This document shows, piece after piece, positions 10,268 through 20,962 of a stretch of DNA of 64,000 bases. Under the pieces are notes generated by a model. That model had not been told where the DNA came from. It saw nothing but the letters and a program-made list of their open reading frames with translations, and did no database searches. The translations under genes and the position numbers were made by a program. Each line of letters opens with the position of its first letter. The first letter of the stretch is position 1. The DNA lies in NCBI GenBank assembly GCA_041691675.1, contig JBEPUC010000018.1, forward strand, positions 1,363 to 65,362. Direction: 5' to 3'. Origin of the DNA: Hyphomicrobiales bacterium (GTDB lineage: Bacteria > Pseudomonadota > Alphaproteobacteria > Rhizobiales > Xanthobacteraceae).

Positions 10268-10333
10268 CGGATGCCTCGAACGCAATACCGGAAACATTAG
10301 TTGCAGGCCTTTTCGGGCAACGCCAGTCAATCC

Positions 10334-10368
10334 TTAACCAATGGTTAACCCAGGTAACGGACCGTTAA
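10334..10368. promoter_or_regulatory. Tandem CtrA-type boxes
   Basis: Perfect TTAA-N7-TTAA at 10334-10348 and GTAA-N7-TTAA at 10354-10368, between divergent genes. Confidence 0.6.
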
Positions 10369-10422
10369 CCGTAACGTGGCACGCAGAGGAAGGCGCGCCA
10401 TCAGAATAATTCGAGACCCGCG

Positions 10423-11148
10423 ATGACCTCCCTCGCCCACCAGCATCCGCACCAGACGCGGCTTCGCGCCGTCAAGCGCCGCGCCGGTCACAGTCCGCTC
10501 GCCGGCCCGGTGTTGCTGTTTGCCGCGGTATGCGTCGCAGCCGCGCTCTATGTCGCTTACGTGCTGTGGCCGCGTTGGCCGGATGCGCCGGTCGAGCGCA
10601 ATGCGCCGTCACTGCCGATCGTGATTGCCGGCGTGCCTTTCAACATCGAACCGGCCGCCATCCGCGTCGCCATGCAGCGTCGTGCCGGCACGCAGAACCG
10701 CCTCGATCTTTCTTATCTGTGGCCGTCGCTGGAGCCGCCCGATCCGGCGATCAAGGTGATCAATGGCGTGCCAGTCGATCCGAATGAGCGCCTGTTCGCG
10801 CTGATCCAGGCCGACGACGGCGCGCTGCCACTGAAAGAGCGGCTTCAGAACATCTATCCGCGTTACATGACGACCGAGCCGGTCGCCGGCCGTGACGGCC
10901 TGACGCTGCGCCGGTTTCGCGACGACACGCCATACAAGGGCGAGGAATTGGTGTTCGAGCAGGACCGTCCCGAACACTTCATGGCGCGGTGCTCGCGCAA
11001 GGGCGTCACCAATTCCGGCACCTGCTTGATGGAACGGCGCATCGGCAATGCCGACATCACGCTGCGCTTTCCGCGCGAATGGCTCAACGATTGGAAAGCG
11101 GTCGCGTCAGGCGTCGATAAGTTGATGGCGCGCTGGCATCCGAACTAG
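10423..11148 (+). CDS. Conserved hypothetical membrane-anchored protein
   Basis: 241-aa ORF with one N-terminal TM segment and a paired-Cys C-terminal region. Confidence 0.7.
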   Translation: MTSLAHQHPHQTRLRAVKRRAGHSPLAGPVLLFAAVCVAAALYVAYVLWPRWPDAPVERNAPSLPIVIAGVPFNIEPAAIRVAMQRRAGTQNRLDLSYLWPSLEPPDPAIKVINGVPVDPNERLFALIQADDGALPLKERLQNIYPRYMTTEPVAGRDGLTLRRFRDDTPYKGEELVFEQDRPEHFMARCSRKGVTNSGTCLMERRIGNADITLRFPREWLNDWKAVASGVDKLMARWHPN

Positions 11149-11159
11149 CCGTGGCGTTC

Positions 11160-11257
11160 ACTCCGCTCGTCCCCGCGAAAGCGGCGACCCAGGGCGAATT
11201 ATTCCTGACTCTGTGTTCGTGGCTCTGGATTCCCGCCTTCGCGGGAATGAGCGGAGT
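11160..11257. repeat. REP/RIME-type palindromic repeat, family A copy 1
   Basis: CCGCTC-(A/G)T(T/C)CCCGC-N-AAAGCGG...GCGGGAATGAGCGG inverted pair. Related copies at 20210 and 59112. Confidence 0.8.
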
Positions 11258-11317
11258 TTGTCGCGCCGCTCATGTTAAATGCGCTCTGCCGTAAGCAGTG
11301 AGCGCGCCGGAATGAAC

Positions 11318-11737
11318 TTACTCGCCCGCGTCGATGAGATCGATGTCGAGGATCGGCAATTCGAGAATGTAGGACTTGCGGCCCTTCTCATTCTCGAGAA
11401 ACAAAACGCCGAGGAAGTCCTCGCCGATATAAACTTCCAGCGAATCCATTTTCTTCGGCCGCACCACGACGCGGATTTTTTCGTTGTCGAATTTCAGCCG
11501 CAGGTAATTGGTCAGCGTCGGCACCGGCTGCATCGAGCGATCCTGGCTGACCTGGATCACCATGCGGAAATTATACGAGCGTTCGCCATCCTCGTCGTCG
11601 ACCGTCATCTCGCCGAGATCGTCTTCACCGACGAAGACTTCCGCGACATCGCCTTTCTTTGGCACCACGCGAATGCTCGGGTTGCCGAATACCTTTTTCA
11701 GATAGCCGTCGAGCTTGCGAACTTCCTGGACGTCCAC
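11318..11737 (-). CDS. DUF3126-like protein with two tandem domains
   Basis: Two similar halves (YLKKVFGNPSIRVVP...EVFVGEDDLG and YLRLKFDNEKIRVVVR...EVYIGEDFLG). Confidence 0.75.
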   Translation of the reverse strand: MDVQEVRKLDGYLKKVFGNPSIRVVPKKGDVAEVFVGEDDLGEMTVDDEDGERSYNFRMVIQVSQDRSMQPVPTLTNYLRLKFDNEKIRVVVRPKKMDSLEVYIGEDFLGVLFLENEKGRKSYILELPILDIDLIDAGE

Positions 11738-11818
11738 GGGCCGCTCCTTGATCGCCTTATGTCTCCTGTTAGTTGCCCGATTGAACGCACGAGCGCAACC
11801 GACAAAAATCCAGCTATT

Positions 11819-12649
11819 TCAGCCGTCGACCATGAGACCGGGGAACATCTGATCCATAGCGCGCGACGGTTCTGGGCAGCCGGCTTCGCCGACCACCTTC
11901 GCGGGAACTCCGGCGACCGTCGTATTGTGCGGTACCGGCTTGATGACAACAGAACCGGCGGCAATGCGCGCGCAATGTCCGATTTCGATATTGCCGAGGA
12001 TCTTGGCTCCGGCGCCGATCATCACGCCGCGGCGGATTTTCGGATGACGGTCTTCGTGTTCCTTGCCGGTGCCGCCGAGCGTGACATCGTGCAGGATCGA
12101 CACGTCATCGTCGATCACCGCCGTCTCGCCGACAACAAGGCCGGTGGCGTGATCGAGGAAAATGCCGCGGCCGATTTTCGCCGCCGGGTTGATGTCGCAT
12201 TGAAACGCCGCCGACGCGCGGCTTTGCAGATAGAGCGCGAAATCCTTACGGCCCTTGCCGAGCAGCCAATGCGCAAGGCGGTGCGTCTGAATGGCGTGAA
12301 AGCCTTTATAATAAAGCACTGGCTCGATAAAGCGCGTGGTCGCCGGATCGCGGTCCATGGTGGCGACGATGTCGGCACGGAACATTTCGCCCAGCGCCGG
12401 CTGGTCGTCGAGCGCTTCGCGGAACGCCTGCCGGATCAGATCGCTCGATACGTCGGCATGGTCGAGCCGTTGGCTGACGCGATGGGCGACCGCGGTTTCC
12501 AGCGTGTCACGGTGCAGGATGTTTTCATAAATGAAGCTGGCGAGTTCGGGCTCGCGGCGGGCGATATCTTCGGCTTCCTGCCGGATGCGGGCCCAGACCG
12601 GATCGACCTTGTCGAGGGCTTTTGCCGGGCGCGTCTGAAACTGAGCCAT
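11819..12649 (-). CDS. cysE: Serine O-acetyltransferase
   Basis: DRDPA, YYKGFHAIQTHR, DHATG and DRHPKI motifs. Confidence 0.95.
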   Translation of the reverse strand: MAQFQTRPAKALDKVDPVWARIRQEAEDIARREPELASFIYENILHRDTLETAVAHRVSQRLDHADVSSDLIRQAFREALDDQPALGEMFRADIVATMDRDPATTRFIEPVLYYKGFHAIQTHRLAHWLLGKGRKDFALYLQSRASAAFQCDINPAAKIGRGIFLDHATGLVVGETAVIDDDVSILHDVTLGGTGKEHEDRHPKIRRGVMIGAGAKILGNIEIGHCARIAAGSVVIKPVPHNTTVAGVPAKVVGEAGCPEPSRAMDQMFPGLMVDG

Positions 12650-12779
12650 CCGTGAAATCTCCTGCTCGCTTCTTCCAGGCCCTATGAGGGGCAAATCCCC
12701 GCTGGGCTTCGCCCCCAGATAGGGCTTTTATCACAGTTTATCAGGGGCCAAAGGCCCGCAAAAAAGACGACGTGCCCGC

Positions 12780-13532
12780 TTACGCGCGTCCGGCCAGAAA
12801 GTTCAAAACACCGTTTTTAAAGATTTTATCGCCGACGGCCAGCATGTGGTCGCGATCCGGGATATCGAGCACCTTGGATCCGGGGATCAAGGCCGCCAGT
12901 TCTCCCGCCGATCCCGAGACGGCGTCTCTCGTACCAGCCGCCACCAAGACCGGCAACCCGATGGCCGCAACCTGCTCACGGCTCAATATCTGTCTTGAGC
13001 CACGAATACAGGCCGCCAGCGCCTTGAGGTCGGATTTGGTTTGCTGCGCGAAGGCGCGGAACACGTGGCCTTGCGGGTCGGCGACGTCGTCGAGCGACGG
13101 TGCCTCCATTGCATCGGCGATCGACTCCGGCAGGCCGACACCGCTCACCATCCGAATGCCGAGACCACCGAACACCACCGATCGCACGCGCTCGGGGTGC
13201 CTCACGGTGAGGTAGGCGCTGATGCGTGCGCCCATCGAATAACCTATCACGTCGGCACGTTCGATGTTGAGATGATCGAGTAGCGCGCGTGCGTCGTCGG
13301 CCATCTTGTCGGTGTGATAGGCGGCGGGATCGTAAAGTTTGCTCGATTGGCCATGGCCGCGATTATCGAGCGCGATCGCGCGGTGTCCCGCGCGCGTCAG
13401 CGTCGAGACCCAGGACGTCGAAACCCAGTTGACTTCCTTGGTCGAGGCAAAGCCATGGATAAGTAGGACCGGATCGCCCGAGCCTTCATCGAGATACGCG
13501 ATTTCGACATCGCCGTTTTTGAAGCTGGGCAC
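12780..13532 (-). CDS. Alpha/beta hydrolase
   Basis: IHGFAS, DNRGHG, GYSMG nucleophile and RDHM. GTG start after AAGGAG. Confidence 0.9.
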   Translation of the reverse strand: MPSFKNGDVEIAYLDEGSGDPVLLIHGFASTKEVNWVSTSWVSTLTRAGHRAIALDNRGHGQSSKLYDPAAYHTDKMADDARALLDHLNIERADVIGYSMGARISAYLTVRHPERVRSVVFGGLGIRMVSGVGLPESIADAMEAPSLDDVADPQGHVFRAFAQQTKSDLKALAACIRGSRQILSREQVAAIGLPVLVAAGTRDAVSGSAGELAALIPGSKVLDIPDRDHMLAVGDKIFKNGVLNFLAGRA

Positions 13533-13545
13533 TGCATTCTCCTTC

Positions 13546-13576
13546 GTCATGCCCGGCATAAAGCCGGGCATGACGG
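13546..13576. repeat. Short palindromic REP-like hairpin
   Basis: CGTCATGCCCGG-CATAAAG-CCGGGCATGACG. Confidence 0.6.
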
Positions 13577-13791
13577 CTCCATAAACGCCATTGCCGGAAG
13601 ACGCAATCGTCGCGAGACCTAGGCCGAAGCCACTGCCAGATGCCCTTCAAGCCGCCTCATCTTGCGTTGTTGCAAGACACGGCGGGTCACGTATATCAGG
13701 GCTAACGGACTCTCAACGCTAGGCATACCGCGCCGGCATCGCTATGGTGCGGCCCGCAACCGCCCCTCGCGGCACTACAAAAGGTCTTCCC

Positions 13792-14037
13792 ATGGCGGAA
13801 CACGTCGTCCCCCATTTTCACAACGATCCGGGCGTGCCGGTGATCGAAGTCGGCGCCAAGGAATTCATGTGCGTCGGCGCAACGCCGCCCTACGACCACC
13901 CGCACGTCTTCCTCGATATCGGCGCCGATAACGAAATCATCTGTCCCTATTGCTCAACCCTGTACCGGCTTGACGCCTCGCTCGATCCGCACGCGGCCCG
14001 GCCGCCGGAATGCGCGCTGCCCTTGGTCGCTGCCTGA
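13792..14037 (+). CDS. Zinc-finger (zf-CHCC-like) protein
   Basis: FMCVG...HPHVFLD...ICPYCSTLY. Confidence 0.88.
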   Translation: MAEHVVPHFHNDPGVPVIEVGAKEFMCVGATPPYDHPHVFLDIGADNEIICPYCSTLYRLDASLDPHAARPPECALPLVAA

Positions 14038-14053
14038 TCCGGAGTTCTCAATC

Positions 14054-15247
14054 TTGGCGACCGAGCGTCATGTTGTCGTCGCCGGCGCCGGCATCGCCGG
14101 CCTCACCGCGGCATTGGCATTAGCGCGCGCCGGACTGCGCACCACCGTCCTGGAGCAGGCGGCAAAGCTCGAAGAGACCGGCGCCGGCGTTCAGCTCTCC
14201 CCTAACGCCACCCGCATCCTGATCGATCTGGGCTTAAGCGAACGGCTGGCGCCATCGATCGTCGTTCCGGAAGCGATCCGCGTCATGTCCGGCGGCTCAG
14301 GCCGCGAGATCACCCGCATTCCCTTGGGCGCGACCGCCGAACGGAAATACGGCGCGCCGTTCTGGCTCATCCATCGCGGCGACCTTCAAGCGGCGCTCGT
14401 CGGCGCGGCGCAGAATACGCTCGACGTCACGCTCAAGCTCGGGCTGCGGCTCGACGACTTCGCCACCCACGCCAATGGAATCTCGGTGCAGGCCACGCGC
14501 GGCCGCGAGGTTATCGACGAGCGCGCGGCGGCGTTGATCGGCGCCGACGGCCTCTGGTCGATGGTCGGCGACAAATTGCGCGTCCAGCGTAAGCCGACCT
14601 TTGCGCATCGCACCGCCTGGCGCGCCTTGGTGCCGACGGAAAGCCTGCCGCTGCATTTCCGCAGCGACATGATTCATTTGTGGCTCGGGCTTGAGGCCCA
14701 TCTGGTGATGTACCCGGTCAAGGCCGGGCGTCTCATCAACATCGTCGCCATCGTCCATGACGAGTGGAATGAGACCGGTTGGTCCGCCGCCGGCAAGCGC
14801 GACGACATCATGCGTCACTTCGCGCGCTTCTCCTGGGCCGAGGACGTGCGCCGCCTAGTCGGCATCCCCGACCGCTGGCTGAAATGGGCGCTGTACGATC
14901 GGACTTCCCCTTTTGCCGGTGCAACCGGACCGGTGACCCTGATCGGAGATGCCGCGCATCCGATGCTGCCGTTTCTTGCGCAAGGCGCCGGCATGGCGAT
15001 CGAGGATGCCGTCGTGCTCGCCGACAACCTCAAGGCTACTCCCGGCGATGTTGAAAAAGGCCTGCGCGCATACGAAGCAGCGCGGCGCAAACGCACCGAG
15101 CGTGCGCAACAGGTGTCGCGCCAGCAAGGCAAGCTCTATGGGCAGACGGGGCCCGCGGCCTTCATCCGCAATTTCGGCATGAAAATGCTGGGTGGAGAAA
15201 AGCTGCTCACACGCTACGACTGGCTGTATAGTTGGAAGAATAATTAG
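14054..15247 (+). CDS. FAD-dependent monooxygenase (salicylate/3-hydroxybenzoate hydroxylase-like)
   Basis: GAGIAG, ADGLWS and IGDAAHPMLPFLAQGA motifs. TTG start. Confidence 0.9.
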   Translation: MATERHVVVAGAGIAGLTAALALARAGLRTTVLEQAAKLEETGAGVQLSPNATRILIDLGLSERLAPSIVVPEAIRVMSGGSGREITRIPLGATAERKYGAPFWLIHRGDLQAALVGAAQNTLDVTLKLGLRLDDFATHANGISVQATRGREVIDERAAALIGADGLWSMVGDKLRVQRKPTFAHRTAWRALVPTESLPLHFRSDMIHLWLGLEAHLVMYPVKAGRLINIVAIVHDEWNETGWSAAGKRDDIMRHFARFSWAEDVRRLVGIPDRWLKWALYDRTSPFAGATGPVTLIGDAAHPMLPFLAQGAGMAIEDAVVLADNLKATPGDVEKGLRAYEAARRKRTERAQQVSRQQGKLYGQTGPAAFIRNFGMKMLGGEKLLTRYDWLYSWKNN

Positions 15248-15313
15248 ACCGGTCCACTATGGACAATTCATAAGACGGACGCTCGAAGCAGCGCCAATTG
15301 CCGGAGGAAAGTC

Positions 15314-16336
15314 ATGTTATTCCCCACCACCATCGCCGGCAGTTTGCCGAAACCCTCATGGCTCGCCGAGCCTGACAAACTGTGGCCGAAGTGGCGTCTC
15401 GACGGCGCCGACCTGGCGCAAGGCAAGCTCGACGCCACCCTGCTCGCCATCAAATTGCAGGAAGACGCCGGCATCGACATCGTCGGCGACGGCGAAATGT
15501 CGCGCCAGCATTTCGTCCACGGCTTTCTGGAGTTCGTCGACGGCATCGACAACGCGCACAAGGTTGAGATGGGCATTCGCGCCGACCGCTACAAGGCGAT
15601 GGTGCCGGTGGTGCGCGGCGCACTCACGTTGAAGGGCCGCGTGCATCAGGCCGAAGCGGTGCATGCCCGCGCTCATACTACGCGCAAGCTCAAGATGACT
15701 TTGCCCGGGCCGATGACGATCTCCGACACGATCGCCGACGCGCATTATGGCGACAAGATCAAGATGGCGATGGCCTTCGCCGATCTGCTCAATCAGGAAG
15801 CCCGCGCACTCGAGGCCGACGGCGTCGATGTGATCCAGTTCGACGAGCCGGCCTTCAACGTCTTCATGGACGAAGTACCGACATGGGGTGTCGAAGCCCT
15901 TAACCGGGCCATCGACGGCCTCAAATGCAACACCGCCGTCCACATCTGTTATGGCTATGGCATCAAAGCCAATATCGACTGGAAGAATTCACTCGGGAAC
16001 GAGTGGACACAATACGAAAAGATATTCCCGGCGCTGGCCAAAAGCCGCATCGATCAGGTGTCGCTGGAAGCGATAAATTCGCGTGTGCCGTTGAAACTGC
16101 TGTCGCTGCTCGATGGCAAGGACGTGCTGATCGGCGTCATCGACGTCGCCACCGACACGGTCGAGACGCCGGAACAGGTGGCGACCGTCATTGGCCACGT
16201 GATGAAACATGTGCCGAAGGAGCGCATCGTCTGCTGCACCAATTGCGGCATGGCGCCGATGCATCGCGACATCGCCGAGGCCAAGCTGATGGCGCTCGGC
16301 GCCGGCGCAAAGCTGGCGCGCCAGAAGTTCGCGTAG
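15314..16336 (+). CDS. Cobalamin-independent methionine synthase, short (C-terminal domain only) type
   Basis: TTIAGSLPKP, IQFDEP, VHICYGY and CTNCG Zn ligands. Confidence 0.88.
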   Translation: MLFPTTIAGSLPKPSWLAEPDKLWPKWRLDGADLAQGKLDATLLAIKLQEDAGIDIVGDGEMSRQHFVHGFLEFVDGIDNAHKVEMGIRADRYKAMVPVVRGALTLKGRVHQAEAVHARAHTTRKLKMTLPGPMTISDTIADAHYGDKIKMAMAFADLLNQEARALEADGVDVIQFDEPAFNVFMDEVPTWGVEALNRAIDGLKCNTAVHICYGYGIKANIDWKNSLGNEWTQYEKIFPALAKSRIDQVSLEAINSRVPLKLLSLLDGKDVLIGVIDVATDTVETPEQVATVIGHVMKHVPKERIVCCTNCGMAPMHRDIAEAKLMALGAGAKLARQKFA

Positions 16337-16342
16337 CCACGA

Positions 16343-16654
16343 TCAGCGTGACGCCCGTCCCATCACGTCCATCAATTCGGCGACTTTGCGCCGCTGATCA
16401 ACCTTGTCGCCGCTCTTGATCGCGTGCTCGACGCAATGGGCAACGTGCTCGCGCAGGATTTCCTCCTCGACCTTGCGCAGGGCGGCGCGGGCGGCCGAAA
16501 TCTGCGTGACGATGTCGATGCAATAGCGGTCGTCCTCGACCATGCGGGCGAGGCCGCGAATCTGGCCCTCGAGGCGGCCGAGCCGTTTCAACGTTGCCGC
16601 TTTTGTCACGCTATTGCCGGTGACGTGACCGGCGCTCTTGCTGTCTTTGCTCAT
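16343..16654 (-). CDS. csoR: CsoR/RcnR family metal-sensing repressor
   Basis: RLGRLEGQIRG...RYCIDIVTQISAARAAL...HVAHCV. Confidence 0.9.
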   Translation of the reverse strand: MSKDSKSAGHVTGNSVTKAATLKRLGRLEGQIRGLARMVEDDRYCIDIVTQISAARAALRKVEEEILREHVAHCVEHAIKSGDKVDQRRKVAELMDVMGRASR

Positions 16655-16661
16655 GGAGCCT

Positions 16662-16682
16662 ATATACCCCCCTAGGGTATAT
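16662..16682. promoter_or_regulatory. CsoR-type operator
   Basis: Inverted repeat ATATACCC-CCCTA-GGGTATAT between divergent csoR and copA. Confidence 0.8.
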
Positions 16683-16702
16683 TAATCAAGACCGAGGTCT
16701 CC

Positions 16703-19045
16703 ATGTCCGCGACCGACCCCCACGACCATCATCACGGTCATCATCATCCCGCCTCCGCGAACGGCGCCGTGCTCGACCCGGTCTGCGGCATGACGGTCGA
16801 TCCGCACACCGCGAAGCACCAAGCCTCGCATAACGGCCATCCGTATTATTTCTGCTCGGCCGGCTGCCGGACCAAATTCGTCGCCGATCCGGAAAAGTAC
16901 CTAGGACCACGCGCGCCCGAGCCGGTGGTCGAAGGCGCGACCTATACCTGTCCGATGCATCCCGAGATCCGGCAACAGGGTCCCGGCGCCTGCCCGATCT
17001 GCGGCATGGCGCTCGAACCGGAAATGGTCACAGCCGACAGCGGCCCCAACCCAGAACTCGCCGACATGACGCGCCGGTTCTGGGTCGGCCTTGTCCTCGC
17101 CCTGCCCGTGGTCGTACTCGACATGGGCGCGCACATCATGGGCGCCCATAATTGGGTCGATCCGGCTTTATCGAATTACATCCAGTTCGCTTTCGCCACG
17201 CCGGTGGTGCTGTGGGCCGGCTGGCCTTTCTTCGTGCGCGGCGCGCAATCGCTCGTCACCCGCAACCTCAACATGTTCACGCTGATCGCGATGGGCACCG
17301 GCGTCGCTTACGTCTACAGCGTCGTCGCCACGTTCTTGCCCGGCATCTTTCCCGACGCCTTCCGCATGCACGGTGGCGCGCCGGCGGTTTACTTTGAGGC
17401 CGCCAGCATGATCACCGTGCTGGTGCTCATCGGCCAAATGCTCGAACTGCGCGCCCGCGACGCGACCTCCGGCGCAATCAAGGCACTCCTCAATCTTGCG
17501 CCGAAGACCGCGCGCCGCGTCAAGGATGACGGCAGCGACGAGGAAGTGTCGCTCGACGACATCAAGACCGGCGATAGCCTGCGCGTGCGCCCGGGCGACA
17601 AGGTGCCGGTCGACGGCACCGTGCTCGAAGGCCGCTCGGCGCTCGATGAATCGATGGTCACGGGCGAATCGATGCCGGTGACCAAGGAGAAAGACGCGCG
17701 CGTGATCGGCGGCACGATCAACACCTCCGGCAGTTTCGTCATGCGCGCCGACAAAGTCGGCCGCGACACGCTTCTGGCGCAGATCGTTCAGATGGTGGCG
17801 ACCGCGCAGCGCTCGCGCGCGCCGATCCAGCGGCTCGCCGACCGCGTCGCCGGCTGGTTCGTCCCGGCGGTGATCGCCGTAGCGTTGATCGCATTTGCCG
17901 CCTGGGCCTGGTTCGGCCCCGAGCCGCGCTTCGCCTATGGAATGGTCGCCGCCGTGAGCGTTCTCATCATCGCCTGCCCCTGCGCGCTCGGTCTCGCCAC
18001 GCCGATGTCGATCATGGTCGGCGTCGGCCGCGGCGCGCAGGCCGGCATCCTGATCAAGAACGCCGACGCGCTCGAACGGCTGGAGGCCATCGACACGATC
18101 GTGATCGACAAGACCGGCACGCTGACCGAAGGCAAGCCGAAGGTCGTCGCCGTTCTTCCCGCCACGGGCTTCGACGAAGCCGAAGTGCTGCGCCTCGCCG
18201 CAAGCGTCGAACGTGGCAGCGAACATCCGCTGGCGGCGGCGATCGTCAGAGCCGCGGCCGAGCGGTCGATCGAGCCCGGCAGCGTGCGCGGCTTCGATGC
18301 GCCCGCCGGCAAGGGCGTCATCGGCATGCTCGATGGCAAACGTCTTGCGCTCGGCAGCGCCAAGTTTCTCGCAGAACTGAGCATCGATGCATCGTCACTC
18401 GCCGCCGATGCCGAAGCCCAGCGCGCCGATGGAGCGACCGCGATCTTCCTCGCCGTCGATGACAAGCCGGCCGGGATCATCGCCATCGCCGATCCGATCA
18501 AGGCGACCACGCCGGATGCGCTCAAGGCGCTCGGCCGCGAAGGCATCCGCGTCGTCATGCTGACCGGCGACAACCGCACCACCGCCCTCGCCGTTGCCAA
18601 ACGTCTCGGCATCGCCGAGGTAGAAGCCGACGTGCTGCCGGACCACAAGAGCGCGACGATCGAACGGTTGACACGCGAAGGCCGCATCGTCGCGATGGCC
18701 GGCGACGGCGTCAACGATGCGCCCGCACTGGCGGCGGCGCAGGTCGGCATCGCGATGGGCACCGGCTCCGACGCGGCCATCGAAAGCGCCGGCGTGACGC
18801 TGCTCAAAGGCGATCTCATGGGCATCGTCAAGGCGCGGGCGCTGTCGCGCGCCGTGATGGGCAATATTCGGCAGAACCTTTTCTTCGCTTTCATCTATAA
18901 TGCCGCCGGCGTGCCGATCGCCGCCGGCGTTCTTTATCCGGTATTCGGACTATTGCTGTCGCCGATCGTTGCCGCCGCGGCGATGGCGCTGTCATCGGTG
19001 AGTGTTGTCGGTAATGCGTTGCGGCTGCGTAGCCTGAAACTCTAA
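16703..19045 (+). CDS. copA: Cu(I)-translocating P1B ATPase with N-terminal His-rich, YHS and heavy-metal-binding domains
   Basis: DPVCGM/YFCSAGC, YTCPMHP, TGES, ACPCALG, DKTGT, GDGVND and YN motifs. Confidence 0.95.
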   Translation: MSATDPHDHHHGHHHPASANGAVLDPVCGMTVDPHTAKHQASHNGHPYYFCSAGCRTKFVADPEKYLGPRAPEPVVEGATYTCPMHPEIRQQGPGACPICGMALEPEMVTADSGPNPELADMTRRFWVGLVLALPVVVLDMGAHIMGAHNWVDPALSNYIQFAFATPVVLWAGWPFFVRGAQSLVTRNLNMFTLIAMGTGVAYVYSVVATFLPGIFPDAFRMHGGAPAVYFEAASMITVLVLIGQMLELRARDATSGAIKALLNLAPKTARRVKDDGSDEEVSLDDIKTGDSLRVRPGDKVPVDGTVLEGRSALDESMVTGESMPVTKEKDARVIGGTINTSGSFVMRADKVGRDTLLAQIVQMVATAQRSRAPIQRLADRVAGWFVPAVIAVALIAFAAWAWFGPEPRFAYGMVAAVSVLIIACPCALGLATPMSIMVGVGRGAQAGILIKNADALERLEAIDTIVIDKTGTLTEGKPKVVAVLPATGFDEAEVLRLAASVERGSEHPLAAAIVRAAAERSIEPGSVRGFDAPAGKGVIGMLDGKRLALGSAKFLAELSIDASSLAADAEAQRADGATAIFLAVDDKPAGIIAIADPIKATTPDALKALGREGIRVVMLTGDNRTTALAVAKRLGIAEVEADVLPDHKSATIERLTREGRIVAMAGDGVNDAPALAAAQVGIAMGTGSDAAIESAGVTLLKGDLMGIVKARALSRAVMGNIRQNLFFAFIYNAAGVPIAAGVLYPVFGLLLSPIVAAAAMALSSVSVVGNALRLRSLKL

Positions 19046-19059
19046 GGACAGGAACACAG

Positions 19060-20076
19060 ATGCGTTACGTCCTGCTCGCCGTCACTGTCACCTCGCTTGC
19101 TGCCGGCCATGCCAGCGCAGCCGAGTGGCGCGTGCAGCGCGTTGGCACGCCGGCTCGCGTCATGGCCGTTGATACCGTCAACAACGGCGGCGCGGTTAGC
19201 GAACCGCGCATCAACGCAGGCGGCCTGTGGTATCGGATCGGTCTCGCGAAGGACAAAGCGTCGCTCGTGTTCATCAATACGCCGGAACAAGCAAAGCCGC
19301 CGCAAAGCGCCTTGACCGATGGCCAGATTGCGACCGGCACCAACGATGTCGCGCGCGCGTGGTTCGCGAATCCGACCGCGCGTTACGATCACGGCGCTCT
19401 CGGCAACACCGTCGAGGCCGGCAGTCTCGTCATCGAAACCCGTGACGGCAAACGTCACATGGTCAGCCTCGACGACGACGCGGTGTTCGAGGATCTCAAA
19501 CCGCGCCTTGCCGATCTCGACGGCGATGGCCATGACGAAATCGTTGTCGTAAAATCCTATCTCAAGCAAGGCTCGGCTCTGGCCATCGTCGCGCTCCGCA
19601 AAGGCCATTATGAAATCGCGGCTGAGACGCCGCCGCTCGGCGCGCCGCATCGCTGGCTCAATCCCGCCGGGATTGCCGACTTTAACGGCGATGGCAAGAC
19701 CGACATCGCGCTGGTGCGCCAGCCGCATGTCGTCGGCGAACTTGAATTATGGACATGGTCCTATTGGTCCGATGGGCGCCTGCACAAGCAGGCGGTGATG
19801 CCGGACGCCGCCAACCACATCGCCGGGCATCACGCCCTCGGCATCAGTGCGGTCGCCGACTTCGATGGCGACGGCATTCCAGATATCGCGATCCCGTCGC
19901 TGGACCGCCGCCATTTGCGCATCGTGTCCTTCGCGCCGGACGCGCGCGAAATCGCCAGCGTCCAGTTGCCGGCAGAGGCGGAGAGCAATCTCGCGCTGGT
20001 CAACACCGCCGCCGGTCCGCCGGCGATCGCGGTCGGATTGAGCGACGGCACGCTGGCGCTGGTCCGGCACGACTAG
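19060..20076 (+). CDS. Exported FG-GAP/VCBS repeat protein
   Basis: Signal peptide and three D(L/F)(D/N)GDG..(E/D)I repeats; starts 14 bp after the copA stop. Confidence 0.8.
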   Translation: MRYVLLAVTVTSLAAGHASAAEWRVQRVGTPARVMAVDTVNNGGAVSEPRINAGGLWYRIGLAKDKASLVFINTPEQAKPPQSALTDGQIATGTNDVARAWFANPTARYDHGALGNTVEAGSLVIETRDGKRHMVSLDDDAVFEDLKPRLADLDGDGHDEIVVVKSYLKQGSALAIVALRKGHYEIAAETPPLGAPHRWLNPAGIADFNGDGKTDIALVRQPHVVGELELWTWSYWSDGRLHKQAVMPDAANHIAGHHALGISAVADFDGDGIPDIAIPSLDRRHLRIVSFAPDAREIASVQLPAEAESNLALVNTAAGPPAIAVGLSDGTLALVRHD

Positions 20077-20176
20077 AGCCCCGGCTTTGATGGAATCAAA
20101 GCCGGGGCTCTAACTTTTTGTTTTGACGCGTTTTCTTCACGCGAACCGGTACCCACTTCGCTCGAAAACGCTATAG
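20073..20176. repeat. MITE-like palindromic repeat, family B copy 1
   Basis: CTAGAGCCCCGGCTTTGATGGAATCAAAGCC...GAACCGGTACCCACTTCGCTCGAAAACGCTATAG, the reverse complement of the copy at 34188. Confidence 0.8.
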
Positions 20177-20209
20177 AGCCGGAATTTCTCCGGCGGGTAT
20201 AGAAAAATA

Positions 20210-20292
20210 CCGCTCATCCCCGCGAAAGCGGGGATCCAGCATTTCAGGCTGCAAAGCAAGAACTGGATTCCCGCCTGCGCGGGAATGAGCGG
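20210..20292. repeat. REP family A copy 2
   Basis: CCGCTCATCCCCGCGAAAGCGGGGATCCAG...CTGGATTCCCGCCTGCGCGGGAATGAGCGG. Confidence 0.8.
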
Positions 20293-20348
20293 AAAATGTT
20301 TCGACGCCGGTAGATCAAACTCTCGAATGCGTCGCGCCGGCGCCTCGC

Positions 20349-20870
20349 CTATTTCTGCGGATAGTCGAAGTCGAATTTTTCCTCGAACGGCTTCCACCAA
20401 TCCTTGATGCCGGTTTCCTTATCGGTGTGGCGATAATAACCGTTCTCCTGTGGATTGGAGATCGTATAGGTCACGTGATATTTTCCCGGGCCGTTCATCT
20501 TGACGTTGTCGGCGTAATGCGGGCCGTCTTTGGCGTTCATCGGCTTGAGCGTGCCGGTCGCTTTCCAGTCCGAACCATCCTTGGTCAGCGTATAGCCGAC
20601 CGTCAGATAGCCGATCCACGCGCCGTCGGGATAGCCCCAGGAATTGTCCGCGGTCGCATGAATGTCGGCCTCAATGTGAACGACTCCCGGCCCATGCTGC
20701 ATGTTCGGCATCATCGGGGCCATCTCGACGCCCTCGAGATAATTGGCGACGATCTGCATGTCGTTTTTGAGCACCGGCCCGCCGATAAAATATTCGCGCG
20801 CCATCGCCGATGGCGAAGCCAGGGCAATTGCCGCCGCTCCCAGCAGCACAAATGCGGTCTTCTTGTTCAT
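20349..20870 (-). CDS. Periplasmic iron-binding protein, Tp34/P19/FtrA family
   Basis: HIEADIHA, WIGYLTV, MNAKDGPHYADNV and RHTDKETG motifs. Confidence 0.9.
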   Translation of the reverse strand: MNKKTAFVLLGAAAIALASPSAMAREYFIGGPVLKNDMQIVANYLEGVEMAPMMPNMQHGPGVVHIEADIHATADNSWGYPDGAWIGYLTVGYTLTKDGSDWKATGTLKPMNAKDGPHYADNVKMNGPGKYHVTYTISNPQENGYYRHTDKETGIKDWWKPFEEKFDFDYPQK

Positions 20871-20962
20871 GGTAACTCCTGTTCTTGATAGAGCATTCTT
20901 GGTCGAGTGTCGTTTCACGATCATGACGTTTGAACGATGTTCCGGCCGCCGCGTGCCTGTTC

